Of a stretch of DNA of 64,000 nucleotides, positions 37,784-50,624 are shown in pieces. Within the stretch, counting starts at the first letter, position 1. The number at the start of each line of letters is the position of its first letter. The stretch covers positions 59,272,001-59,336,000 of the forward strand of contig NC_043007.1 in NCBI RefSeq assembly GCF_006345805.1, given 5' to 3'. Made by a program: the position numbers and the translations under genes. Below the pieces are notes generated by a model, which was not told the DNA's origin, did no database searches, and saw only the letters and a list, made by a program, of their open reading frames with translations. This DNA comes from Octopus sinensis. Lineage: Eukaryota.

Positions 37784-40700
37784 CACATGGCCCAATAGAG
37801 TGTGGTTTGAGGGAGAATTGGCTGCTCTTTTATATATATGTGTGTGTATAGGTGCAGGCATGGTTAAGAAGTTCACTTTCTAATTTTGATTTTGATTCAG
37901 TCTCAGTTTGTAGCACCTTGGGTTAGTGTTTTCTATTTTAACCTTGGACCCATTGAAGTTTTGTGAGTGGATTTGGTAAATGGAAGTTGAAAGAAGCCCA
38001 TTGTGTGTGTGTTTTTGTGAGTGATTTTTATTTCCCTCTACACATTTGTTTAGCTACATGTTTTGCTTGCTGGTTTGTAAACAATGTCTTTGCTAGTTAT
38101 GTATCTGCTTGCAGTCTGGCATGAAAACATGTTCAGGCAGCTTGTATTTGTCTCAGATTGGGATATTTTTACCTAATTGGAAACAAGTGGGGATTGGTGG
38201 TAGAAAGGACACCACTGTTCCAATATGCTTTTGTTTGATCTATGCAAGCATGGAAAATGGATTTTAAAACAAAGGTGATTATATGCTATATATGACAAAA
38301 AGCAAAACAAGATGGGTTAGGATAGTAGGGTGTAACTTCAGAGATATTTGGCTGTTATTTGCTTTCATCTGGCTTAGCTGCAATGTAGTACTCTTCCAAA
38401 TTGGCTCATGCATATATATATAACAGAGAAGATAATAGGGTTTGATTTGAAAGGTAGAGTTGGTTACTATTTCTACCAATTTGGGATAATATGTAGTCTT
38501 TTTGTTGGTTTTACATACACAAGACAAAGTGTAATCTGGTTTTTATTTCTAGCAGTCTGTGTTGTCAAATAGACGTCAACCTTGTTGGGCCACACATATG
38601 GACACACAAATAGGGTATGGTTTTGAGATGGTGCTTATTTCTACCACATAGTTACTTCTTTGTTGGCTCATATAAAATTCCAGTAGGGTGGGGTGTTATA
38701 TAAGTATAGTATTTAGAATTTTTTTTTTTTCAAATTTCATGGTCAATGAAAGTGATATCGAATGAATATAAATTGTCTGTTTGCAGCTGGATGCCCTTCC
38801 TACAGCCAACACTTAACAGAGTGCATTAGGTACTTCTGTGGTGCCTGCACGAATGCATTTTACATGCACATTTTACGTGGTGCCAGCACATGGCACCATC
38901 ACCTGGAGAGTCACCAAGTATCTTGCAAGACAAGGACCTCTCAGCTGAGAAAAGTGACCATTTGGATAACATTAATAGTTTACTTATCAATTACAGATGT
39001 AGCATTATGTAACTTTCTGTTATTACATACTGAACCTAGCATGGTCTCAATATCTTGTGACGGGTAATGCTCTAATTAGTAACCAAGGGAGATAAATCGA
39101 ACGCCATCTCCTTTCAAGGGACAGACAGAAGGAGAAGGAAACACTATATTAATTGATTTTATTAAGATTTTAGAAATATAAGTTTGCTAACCATGTCAAA
39201 AATTGATAGAAGAGAAGGCATGAGAAATATATTTATCAAAGAAAGTTAGAGTGTGAGAAGAAAAGCAGCCAATAAATGTTTATATATACACACATTCACT
39301 CACTCACTCAGAGTGAGGAGAAATAGATATACACACAAGTATATTATTAGTAAATATAAATAGCTGTGATAGTGGAAATTTGTTACTGATTATGAATCTC
39401 TTTGTGACTGCATTTCTACTAAAGTACACTGCTTATGTTTCAGTCAATAATATAAATCAGAATTTGGAGAAATTCAATAAACTTTTTCATTATGTAACTG
39501 ATGCTTAGAATTTAACTTTTAGCAAAATTATGAGGGAAGGTTTTAATTTTAATGTGAACATTTTAATATTTGAGGTTTTCTTCCACAGAAGCATGAGTTG
39601 TTGGTTTAATAATGGTTATGTACATGTATCTTTTTCATATGTGATATTTTAGTAGTTAAGAAAAAACTATACTTGTCTAAAGGATGGGATGGTCATATTA
39701 ATTAACTGGTAATCTTTTCTTTGTCAAACTAATGAAATAAAGTATTTGTTGTTTATTTTATTAATGTGTAAATGTTTCTGTGAATAAAACTGGAATTAAG
39801 TTTTTGGTAAAGAACTAGTCAAATTTTATAGCTTCAAACAATAAACAAATGAAATGTTGAGGTACATCATGTGTTGTGTGATGAATATAACTGATAGAAA
39901 AGTGAAAATTTATTAACACTTCATATTTGTTGGTTTCTATATGCAGAAATGAGAAGACTATATACTTTATCCACAATCTTGTGTTTTGAATTTCATTTAA
40001 TCTAATTTTGCTTTTTCCTCACTAAATTACCCTTTCGTTGTTTCTACACATTCACAAAACAGCCTTAATAAGCCAAGGCTTGCTATTGGTTAATATGTAA
40101 ACAAAACATAAGTAATGAAATGAAACTATTGTACTGTAATTTTCTTACAAAACCTTGTTCAAAGTTAGTTCTCCAGATTCAGTTTTCATTGCTTTTGATG
40201 TACAGAATATAGATAGTATAAGTAAGAAACAATTAACTGTAAATTTGTTGAACATAGGTGTGGTCTCTAAATTTGAAAATCTATTTTAAGGTTGGGTGAA
40301 CACTAATTCATCCATAATTATGTTTTATTATTAATTACTGGAGCCAGTTTTAAAAGGTTATTTTTCCATGTGTGATTTGAATGCATTAATCAATACTTGA
40401 AAGCCTGATACTTTATAAGTTGAATTACTACTTTTGTCATGAATGCTACACATTTATAGAAACTTTCAGTTTCAAATTGTTGGCTTAATAACTTTTTCTT
40501 CTGTATGTTGTTGAAATTGAAATACTTAGCAACATTTCTTTCATTGTTTGGTAAATTTTCGTGGTTGATTTTAATACACTTAACCCAGTTCAACATGTAT
40601 GATTGAAAGCATTTAAGAGTTGCCCTTTGTATTAAACACTTAATTATAGTCAGTTTGTGTAATTTCCCTGGCTTAATATTGAAAATTTTATTTTTTAGAT

Positions 40701-41083
40701 TCATATTTGTATAAGATATTTTATTATTTTAATCAGTAAAAGTTAACCAAGTGCCTCAAGGGTGAAAGTTCTGTGGATGCCATGTAAGAAATTCCTAACC
40801 CTTGAGATTAAAATAATAAAATATATTCATGTATTGAGTTCTGTTTAGCCTGTTTGTTTTACTAAACTTATTTGTATAAAATATAAATCTAACATTCTGT
40901 TTATTGTGATTATTTTGGAATAGATAGATTCATCGAGCCTCATGTGTTATTGGTTTCAGCCAGAGGCTGAAGCCATGCTGGATAACTTTGTGAATTTCAC
41001 TCCAATATCCATGTCTTATTTAAATAACAAAATGTCATTGAATCATTTGAAAACATAGCATTTATTTATTATTTATTTTATAG

Positions 41084-41229
41084 GAGGATATCCGATCTCT
41101 TTGCACAAACATTGCTGAAAATCACATTAAAGATCTAGAAAATGTTAACTATGTAAATACATTTAAATCTTTAAAACATCGGTATGAGCAGCAACAGGAT
41201 AGAATTAGAGAAAAATCAGCAACTGAAAG
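41084..41229 (+). CDS. PPP4R3: PPP4R3 exon j (146 nt, 0-2)
   Basis: EDIRSLCTNIAENHIKDLENVNYVNTFKSLKHRYEQQQDR. Confidence 0.95.
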
Positions 41230-42869
41230 GTAAATATTTCAAATGAATTCATTAAAAAAATTTTTTTTTGATCTATTCAGTTTAAATATTAAATAAATGC
41301 AATAAGTATCTTTATCTGAGTGACTCCAAAAATTTGTGCAGTTTTCTTGTGTTTGGACTAAATGCTGCTTTTCTTATTAAGCAGTCAACTGCAAGTATTA
41401 CTGCAATCAACAAGAAGTAACACTTTTGTTACTGTATTTATAACCCAGATACAACCCTTGTGTGTTTCAATTAAATTCTAAAATAATCGTGAATTTAGAC
41501 TGGTTTCATAAAACAACTTTTTATTTTTCAACATGTTTGTGATTTTTTGAATTAAAGGTTATAAGTAAATTCAACAAAATATAAAATCAATAACATTTTT
41601 TGCTTAAACATCAGCTTAGAAAATGAGTTATTAGTTAAGTTATACAACAAAATTTTCATGCAGAAAGTGTTTAAAATACTGGATATCTATCAGTCAAATG
41701 TAATGCACATGAGACAGGAGTACCTTAACGGTACAGAATGAAATACTGAAATTAACTAAATGAAATGAACTCACACATACATAAATACACAGAAACACAC
41801 ATAATAATGATTCTCAATACAAATTAATCAAAATTTGTCACACATCTTACAGATAACTTTAAAATAAGAATGAGGTAAATTTGAAAAAATATGTATAAAT
41901 CAAACACACACACACACACCAACCAACCAACTAACCAACAATTTCTAAAGATGCTCACATCTTTCTTCCAAGTATGTGGAAAAACTATCTCGTTTTCATC
42001 TTCATTTATGTTTTGTGTAACGGTTCATTTCTGCAGTAATCATTTCAAAAGGGAAAGTGAAAAATAAAAATCTAAGTTTTGTTTCCTTAGAAAAACTGTG
42101 GCTATGTCTAATATTGTCCTAAAAATAACCGAGGTGCAGACCCCCCCCCCCCACTTATTATTGCTATTGGGACTGTTGTCTGATTGTTTTACTTTCAGAA
42201 AACAAATATCTGATTTATAATCACATGTGGCTTTTATGTTAGCCATATATTTTCTCTGATTATTCAGAGAATTCAACCCACTGCTTGACAACATGAAACT
42301 GGTATCCAGTTTTCATTCATAGTGAATGAAACTTTTCTGAAAATCAAAGTGGGAGAAACGGAAAAAAATCTCCAAAAATTTGTAGCACTTGGATATCATG
42401 TAAAATAATGTTGGACAGTATAGCTCAATTGTTTACATAATGAAATCATGTGTTTTCCTGAATGTACTAATGAGATTTGTGCTAAACTTCTCACTTTCAA
42501 CCATTTTAGTAAAATTTGCCAATAAAATTCTCAGCTGGCTACAACTGTCTTGGTATTGAAAGGGTTAAATGAACTAAAATTACTGCAACTGTTGTTTGCT
42601 CACTCCAGCTATACATTAATATTTATTTATTACTACTTACTAATGGTGTAGTGTACTATGACTTAGTCAGGTTTTCAGTCTGTTGATAGGGGGCCATCTT
42701 ATTTATTGTAGGTTTGCTTGAAGACCAAATTATGTGATCTAACAAAATGTTTGTCAGTTACACTCTGCTCAGGTTGCTTTTTTTCTTTTAGCTTATTTAT
42801 ATAATATAGAAGGATTAAGACTACTTGTACAAAATTGGTGTATTTTGCTTATTGTTTTTGTTTTTTCAG

Positions 42870-43060
42870 CATGCCATCTATCCTTCGTAACAGCCGTTTC
42901 CGTCGTGATGAACGAGCACTTGATGAAGAGGAAGACATGTACTTTAATCAAGATGATGATCTTGATGATGGAGAGAGTATTGTTCCTATGGGAGACATCT
43001 TAAAGAATAAGCTGGATCCAGACTTTGATCAGATCAGTCGGTTTATTGAAAATAAAAGAG
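42870..43060 (+). CDS. PPP4R3: PPP4R3 exon k (191 nt, 2-1)
   Basis: MPSILRNSRFRRDERALDEEEDMYFN...RFIENKR. Confidence 0.95.
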
Positions 43061-43689
43061 GTAAAAAGCAATTATTTTGTGGGTGCTTGTGTGAACACAT
43101 GTTAGGTGGCTCGTGTTATTAATTTTCAAAACTGGAGAATTTAGTAGAACCAACAAACAATAAGGTGGATATAGAAAACAATTTAAAAACAAGATATTTG
43201 TAAAATTATTTGTTTTAATCACAAAAAAAGTAAACTTCGGTTTTTTTTTTTTTTTATAATCCTAATATAAAATGGGTTAATATTTATTAGCAAAAGAAGC
43301 AGAACTGTTAGGTCAATGGAATAGTTGTGTCCATTATTGGATTTTAAATTTAACATAAAAGTATGACACTGTGTAATCCACTTTTTGTTCTTAGGTAGTA
43401 AGTGTTTGTTGATAATTGTGTTACGAAAGGTTATTACTTCCTTTAAACATTGATTTTGTGACTTGAATAATGTTATTTCAAAATTTATCTATTTCATATC
43501 AAGAAACAGGTGAATTTGCACTTTTTCATTCACATAAAGTTATCAAAAGCAACAACATAAATTTAAGCTGAACACAAAAATTTGGAGCTAATTTTTTTTA
43601 AAAAGATCTGTGAATTGCTTTCATGTGTAAGCCACCCACCACTAAATATAATCTGCAATCATGTTTCATTTACATATTCTTTGATAACA

Positions 43690-44800
43690 GTGTTTGAAAC
43701 CTAGTATAAACTGGACTTTATTCTTTTGGGTATACTCCTATGTTCTCCTTGAATTTATCAAGATGAGTGCCAAAGATATAGACTTGAGGACATCCTGCAG
43801 CCCATTTTGCTGTAGTTTTTCACCAGAGTCTCAACCAGCTTTATATACTTCTCTGCCTTGTGATTGTTTAAGAAACCTTGAATCATTGTGATAAAGCTAT
43901 TCCAAAGTGCTCCTTTCCTCTTGAGCATTTTGGAGAATTTTAAATGCTCCAAGAGCTTCACCTGTAGTTTGACAAAAACACCTGCATTGACAACTTAGGT
44001 AGGAAATCTTAATAGTACTTAAAGTTTATAGACTCCTTATGAAGAGCTCTTGTGACACATTGTTTCATTAGACCTAATTTTAAGTGCACTGGACTCCACC
44101 GATGACTTACACTTAACAATGTCCCTTTTCATACAGAATTCTAGACTATTGTAACTAGCACTGCCAATGATAGTGTGCTGCTGTCCCAAAGGCAAAGGTA
44201 GCAGGGAAATTCAGTAAAGCTATTTTGGAAGCCCATTCATTAGTAATGTTACCATTTTGAAGTCTGATAACCTCCTGACTATACTAATTGTACTTAAAGA
44301 CATCTAGCAAAGTACTTGTCATCTGTTGGAAGAAGGAGAGCTCATTTTAACAAGTAGAAAACCTTTTAAAACCAGGTGATGCTTCTGATTTGTGACTACA
44401 CTTTCGTCTTAACTAGATTTCTGATCAAGTTGTAATTATTTTAAATTTCTTCTCTTTTTAGTTGCATCTCTGAAACTGCCATCTGTATTTACATCTTTCT
44501 CTTGTTCTGACCTGCTCTTTCTTTCTCTCTCTGACAGAGTGGGTACAGGAAGTGCAGGATAGTGTGGCACTGAGACAATGGGTGATGTAAGGTTTGGGTA
44601 TATGATAAGAAATGAAATTTTGCAAGCCCTACATTGGAAGGGTCTACCATGCAGAAGTATAGATTTTTTTGAGCATTCAATGGGTTCCCACCATGTTCTT
44701 GGGATAATGAATCTTGTGGTTCTCTTTCCTTCTCTGCACCATTCTGCAAAGGAGTAAAATAAAATTGTTTTCATGATATAAGATTTTCACTATTCAAGCA
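43690..44800 (-). mobile_element. Decayed Chapaev3-like (CMC) DNA transposon
   Basis: FIIPRTWWEP / YFCMVDPS / YPNLTSPIVSVPHYPALPVPT and WNSFITMIQGFLNNHKAEKYIKLVETLVKNYSKMGCRMS match motifs I recall from Chapaev3 transposases; middle deleted, termini not identified. Confidence 0.7.
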
Positions 44801-47078
44801 AGCAGAAATTGTACATCTTTACTTTGTAGAATGTAGTGTTCACAGGTGAAAGAGGTGCCCCAAGTTTATCGTGATCCCCAATAGGCATGCAAAAAATGTC
44901 CCTTGTAGACCCCACTTATTTAGTGGGTGCTGTCACAGTACTTTTTCATTCTTGTCTTGATAAATTACAGATGTAGCAAAATATGCTTCCCATATACATG
45001 CAGCTCTTGTAGCCATCTGTGATAAATGTGGCTGGGCCTATCTATCCACTTAGGCAACTGAAGTGAATTGTATTTACTATTTGTTACTTGGAAATTCTTA
45101 AAATTTTGAGAAAATTTTATATCAGCTACTTAGCACTGAAAGTTTCTAGAATGTTCTGGAAAATTGGTAGATTTCAAAATCATTACTGAGCACATTTTAG
45201 GCACATATGCTGAGAAACAAAAAAAATTGTAAACAACAGATATTTTAAATATTTCTTTCATGGAAAGGTATCAAACATTCCAGTTTATATAATACAGACT
45301 GGAAATTACACTTAAATTATATTGTCCAATGTTCCAGAATTTTGACATGCATCAGGCCCATTTTTTTACTACCACCTCATCTTAATCATATAATGTGGTT
45401 TTATACAATTGATAAACCTGTCTGGTTTTGAGTTCATTCTCACTATGTGGCATTTTAGACAAGTGTTTTGCTCTAGCCTTGGGCTGCCCAAAGCCTTGTG
45501 AGTCGATTTGGTAGATGGAAACTAAAAAAAACCAATCATGTGCATGTATGTTTGTGTCTCTTTGTCTTGATAGAGTGTAAATGAGCGTCACTGTTTGTAC
45601 CAGCAGTGTTGTTTATTTTCCATATTCTGCGAAAGCATGTCTGACCATGAGGAAATATTACCTTACTTGAGAACAGATGAGGGTTGGTGATTAGAAGGGC
45701 ATTTGGTTGTAGAAAATCTGTTGCATGGAAGCATAGAAAAGTGGATATTAAAATGATGATGATGATGATATAACTCTTGCGGTCTATGATTACAAATGCA
45801 GTCTTAATCAGATGTGAAAAGGAAATTCAATTTGATGCTCATTGTAACATTACTTAATTTGAGTTTTCCAGTTGCAGTCTTTCCTATTTACAATTACTCC
45901 GGCATACATGTATGTTGACAAGGATGACCAAAGATGTCAGCAAAATTAATATATATTACAGTACAAGAATGATAAATACAACAAACATTAGATAATGCTG
46001 ATTTACTCCACTGTTTGTCTGTGTCTTAGAATTCCAATCATATCCAGATTTTTCCAGCCTTTAATATTTCATTTTGTTGATTTTTCAGGTGTATATGGCA
46101 GAAATATGTTTGTTGTTGCCTAACCATTCCTTCATCTGAACAGTTGTGGGTTATGGCTTAGTTTTGAATTTCCTCTGCCACTGTCCAGGAATTGAGCTTT
46201 ATTTTAAACAGCAGGTCATGGTTGCTTTCTCCATGTGCTGGTGTATTACCAGTATCACAAGTAATACATATACTGGAAACAACTCACCAAATAAGTAATC
46301 TGTCATGATTACAATTGCGGCAGGAAGTACTTGAATTTGAACAATCCATGAAAGCAACTGCAAACAATCACTCCATTCCTTTTTGTTCATGCCTTTCATG
46401 ACAGTGTATCTCTGCAATTGTTTCCTGGAAAATGAAAAAGAAATAGTCAGTTGGTTTCAAACTCAACAGGAAGAGTATGGTTAGATCCATCCCTTCCCAA
46501 GTTTCTTTTAAAATATCAGTTCCATTTCTGTTATTGGGATTGATTCTTATTTACTTTTGCTTCTTATTAAGTTAGTTTCCTGCAGCCACTTGTAAACTCA
46601 CTAAAATTAATACTGAAATTTAAAATTATGAGTTCAGACAAAAAAAAGTTTGCTTTGAAATCTCTTGGTTTTAATTTTGACCCTAATGTATAGCACACTG
46701 AGCAAGTATTTTCAGTCACAACCATGACTGAAAATGGGTTGGTGGAAAATGTACAGAAGCTTGTCAGATGGATAGTAATTGTAATTGTTTTTGGAATGTA
46801 GACTTTTCTGTCTTTTGGATCAATATCATGAATTGCTTCTCAAATGAATCCAACAACATCGTGAAAAATTATGACTAGTGTCTGTTTTTAAAGCAGTTTG
46901 TGTGAATATTCATAAATTTACAAACCGAGAAAATTGGGAATGGCTAGTAGTAGATGCGGGTTCAATTTCTACTTTAATCTCTTTGTTCAGTTATTGTCAC
47001 ACAGTGTGTGGTTATGCATATGCCTGTCTAATGTACTAATTGTTAATTTTTCTTTTTGAAATATTTTTTAAATTTTAG

Positions 47079-47311
47079 CCAAAGAGCAATCTGAATTAAC
47101 AAAAGAATGTCCTATAAAGCTCCATAACAAAACATCTGCAATAAGCATTAATATCAAAAGTAGCAGTCCTGTTTCAAGTCCAGGCAGTCCTAAAAGTCCT
47201 GGAAGCCCTACAAGCCCTAAAAGTCCGGGTAGTCCTGGAAGAACAAGTTCTGGCATTACTTCCAATACAGGCATTTCACCAAGTGAAGAGAAGTCAGTTG
47301 TTACTAGAAAG
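47079..47311 (+). CDS. PPP4R3: PPP4R3 exon l (233 nt, 1-0), low-complexity Ser-Pro tail
   Basis: (A)KEQSELTKE...SSSPVSSPGSPKSPGSPTSPKSPGSPGR...VVTRK; open frame, phases match both neighbours; ttttag|...AAG|gtaaac. Confidence 0.88.
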
Positions 47312-47644
47312 GTAAACCTTTACATCATCCTTGAAGAATATTTTTAAAATTAGAAACGCATGATTAGCATTTTCAATGTATGGGTGTGTTGCACACGTCA
47401 GTTACCTCCCTTAAACACTTTAATACATGGGTACATGTGCTTAATTTCATAATTAACACAGTTTTCTTTCAACTCTTCCCTGTCACTTTTATTTGACATC
47501 TACCGTTTTCAACAGACTGACTTTTTTTTTTTTTTAACATTTTCCTTTTTACTTACAAATTTTCAAAAACCTTAAGCTTGAAATCTCAAAAGCACTTACT
47601 TTTAGTCTCATTGAATGTCAAACAATTTATATTGTGTGTATCAG

Positions 47645-48130
47645 TAGAAAAGGCACCTGGTCCATTGGGAATCTCCACTGCTGAGTTGCTTAAAATATCT
47701 GGTAGTGTGGGAGATGTGTTAGTCACCAGATTGTACAGGAAAGTGCTCTAGCCAGTGACTGACATTGCAATCAACTGCTGCAAAGGATAATGGAGATGCA
47801 TTATGGGAAGGAAACCATAGAGGTGTTTGACCAGATTATGAAGCAAGAAGAGGTTATAAGTACAATTGTTTAGGAAAAGAATATAGTAGCGATGCAATTT
47901 GAGTTTGTGCCAAGATCATGCTATCCTTCCAATTGGACAGCTGCAAAAGTATTTAACCAGGAATAAGACTTTATATCTAGCATTAATTGCCCTTGATAAG
48001 GTCTTTGCTGTTGTTTTCTGCTGTGTGATGTGATGGTCACCAAGGAGGCTTGGAGTAGATAAATGGCTTGTGAGAGCTGTATGATCCATGTACAGAATTG
48101 TAGTTAGTAAGGTGGAGGTGCACTTGAGCT
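47645..48130 (+). mobile_element. RTE-clade LINE fragment
   Basis: KAPGPLGI, GDAL, MQFEFVP, QLQKYL and LGVDKWLVRAV remnants; same family as 60665-61050. Confidence 0.7.
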
Positions 48131-48433
48131 CAGTCTTCTGCTCCTTTCTGTTTATAGTCCTTCAATCCATATCAGAGGTGTATAAGACCTAGTTTTCAAA
48201 GCTGAATCTGCAGTAGAATTAGAATAGAAATTCCAAATGCAGGAACAAAACCTTGGATCCAGAAGTCTCAGTGTGAATTTAGCAAAGACCAAATGTATTA
48301 GTGAGTATGAAAGAGGATGGAACTCTATCATCAGGGAAATGGTTCTGCTTGACTATATATATATAATAAAATGAATGCTTTATACTTGGTAGCTTACTGG
48401 TAAATCACGGTTACTTTCACAGTGTTTGTTATG

Positions 48434-49826
48434 TATATGGTAAATGAAAGATGGAAGGTACGAGAATTTTTATTAATAACACAGTAAATTGTTCCAATCC
48501 TGTACAACACACTAGATCAAATAAGCCAAATAACAGATATAGGAATCCTGATGCCCTCTGGTCCAACCCAATTTTTGGTTTGCATGTTTCAACCAAGATT
48601 GCTGGAAAATTTTTTGCTGCTTTAGACAAATGTTTTCCTAAATCTAATAGATACCATGCTTGTGAAGGTATCCTATGCTAACTCTACTAATTTAGAGCAG
48701 CATATGCACTGCATAAACAATAGTAAAATGCAACAACAGTTCAATAACCCATCTACTGGATCTAGCAAACATATGCATCTAAATATCAACAAAGATGTAA
48801 ACTTGAATGAAAAGAACATTGGAAAATGAAGTCAGGACTGCTATATATACAAATAAATATAATAAATGCTCATGCAGAGAAAAATCAAAATGCCCATTGA
48901 TGAACCTCTGTATAAGTACAAATCTTGTATATAAATGTACTGTGTACAGAAGGGGTGGGCCGTATGCTTACATTGGGCAGACAGCTGATTCATTTAAGAA
49001 TTATTATCACAACCATGTTGCCGGCTTCAAGTGAATCAGTAAGAGATATTCAACATCTTTGGCCAATTTTGTGTGGCAACTGAAGGAAGATAAAATTAAG
49101 TATAACATAACTTGGTCCATAGTAAGGCATGCAAAACCATACAATATCATTTCCAGGAGATGCCAATTCTGCTCAGAGGAATCCCTGTCTATTCTGTGGA
49201 CTAATGAGAAAATCATTCATAGAATTTTTGAAAGACTCAAGATGCCTACATGCACATAAATGTACTTTTGCACAATGCAGTGGGAATGAATTTGAGTAAC
49301 AGTTAACATAATTTACTTTAGGATATGGATGAATTAAGTTTAGCTTTAACCTCCCTATTCTTATAAACACCAAGTGGCTATTTAATTTGCTGTGTGAACA
49401 TGTGTGCACCAAACCACATGTGCATATGCTTACATCTTAGTGGATGCGTGAGTGTGCATGCAGCTTGTGCAAGGGCATTTATACATCCTTGTCTGTTAAT
49501 GGTTATTTTTAATACCTTTCTCACTGTATTGTGTGTTCGTTTCTTTTTTGCATCTATTATTTTATTTTTGATCTTCTTTATAAATGAAGATATATCTTTT
49601 GTTTTGCTGCTTTTCTTTACCCAAAATGAGAAGGTACATTGTGGAACTGTTATTTTAACAAGTTATATATATCTGTTTATCACCCTTCACACATCTTCAC
49701 TGTTGGATGCTCCTGAACCAGTTGTTAAATATTCCACCCATGAGAGATTGGTGTTAGATATTTCGGAACAATTGTCGTGATTAATAAAAATTCTTGTACC
49801 TTCCATCGTCTTTCATTTACCATATA
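48434..49826 (+). mobile_element. 5'-truncated Penelope-like element (thumb + GIY-YIG) with inverted terminal duplication
   Basis: LWSNP.F..VSTKIAGKFF..LDKCFP, CSCREKSKCPL..C..NLVYKC, YIGQT, TSLANFVWQLK..WSI and RCQFC; 48434-48495 is an inverted copy of 49765-49826. Confidence 0.85.
49735..49781 (+). ncRNA. Decayed type I minimal hammerhead in the PLE 3' end
   Basis: CAC-CCATGA-GAGAT...ATTTC-GGAAC-AATT-GTC-GTG: stems retained, palindromic stem III loop, core mutated. Confidence 0.45.
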
Positions 49827-50504
49827 TATATATACTACAATTTACTAACAGCAAGAATTACATATGAACTACACATAGGAGGAGTCTACAATCCATTATA
49901 TGTTTTGAGGGAAATCTAACAAACTTGCATCATTTTTCAATGTATCTTGGGAGAAAACAACAAATCAATATATATCATGATTGTTTTATGTCTGCCTTCC
50001 ATACCAACATAGGCTCCCTGCCAATTTCCTTGACTAATTTGCGTCCATATGCTTAGAATGTTCATTTGGTTAGGTTAATCTTTTTCATGGCACCAGGACT
50101 ACAGAGGTAATGTTTTCAATAAGACTAAAAGGTTCTCTCAAAATAAGGATCTGAAAACAAACGAGAGTTCATGTAAATTAACAAGAGTGTACAATTAGTT
50201 TGATAGTATATATTTATCTTCAGTTCTGAAAAGATAGTAGCCTATATATTAGCTATTTCACTGGAACTATTGTAATGTAAGCAATGTAATCTAGTTTTTA
50301 TTTTTTTGTACAATTTCTGAAGGTGAAGAACAGAGTGGATTAATTGAAATATTTCAAAACAATTTATTGGATCCTAATACTGTTTTTTTTTAATGCTAAT
50401 ATTTTATATATTGTATTACTGCTTACAAAGTTTATCAATAACTACTGTCCATTTAATTGTATTGAAAATTAGGGAATAAAATGTTTATTTATTTGTCTTT
50501 TCAG

Positions 50505-50624
50505 CCTGGTTTGATAGGAGGATTAGTGGATTATCCAGATGAAGATTCTGATGAGGATGAGGAGGAGGAAGAAGAGTCAGAAGTCACTGCGCCATCATCT
50601 AAACGGCCACGATTGGCGACATAA
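50505..50624 (+). CDS. PPP4R3: PPP4R3 terminal coding exon (120 nt incl. TAA)
   Basis: PGLIGGLVDYPDEDSDEDEEEEEESEVTAPSSKRPRLAT*; LVDYPD, acidic run and KRPRL are the conserved SMEK C-terminus. Confidence 0.96.
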   Translation, partial: PGLIGGLVDYPDEDSDEDEEEEEESEVTAPSSKRPRLAT

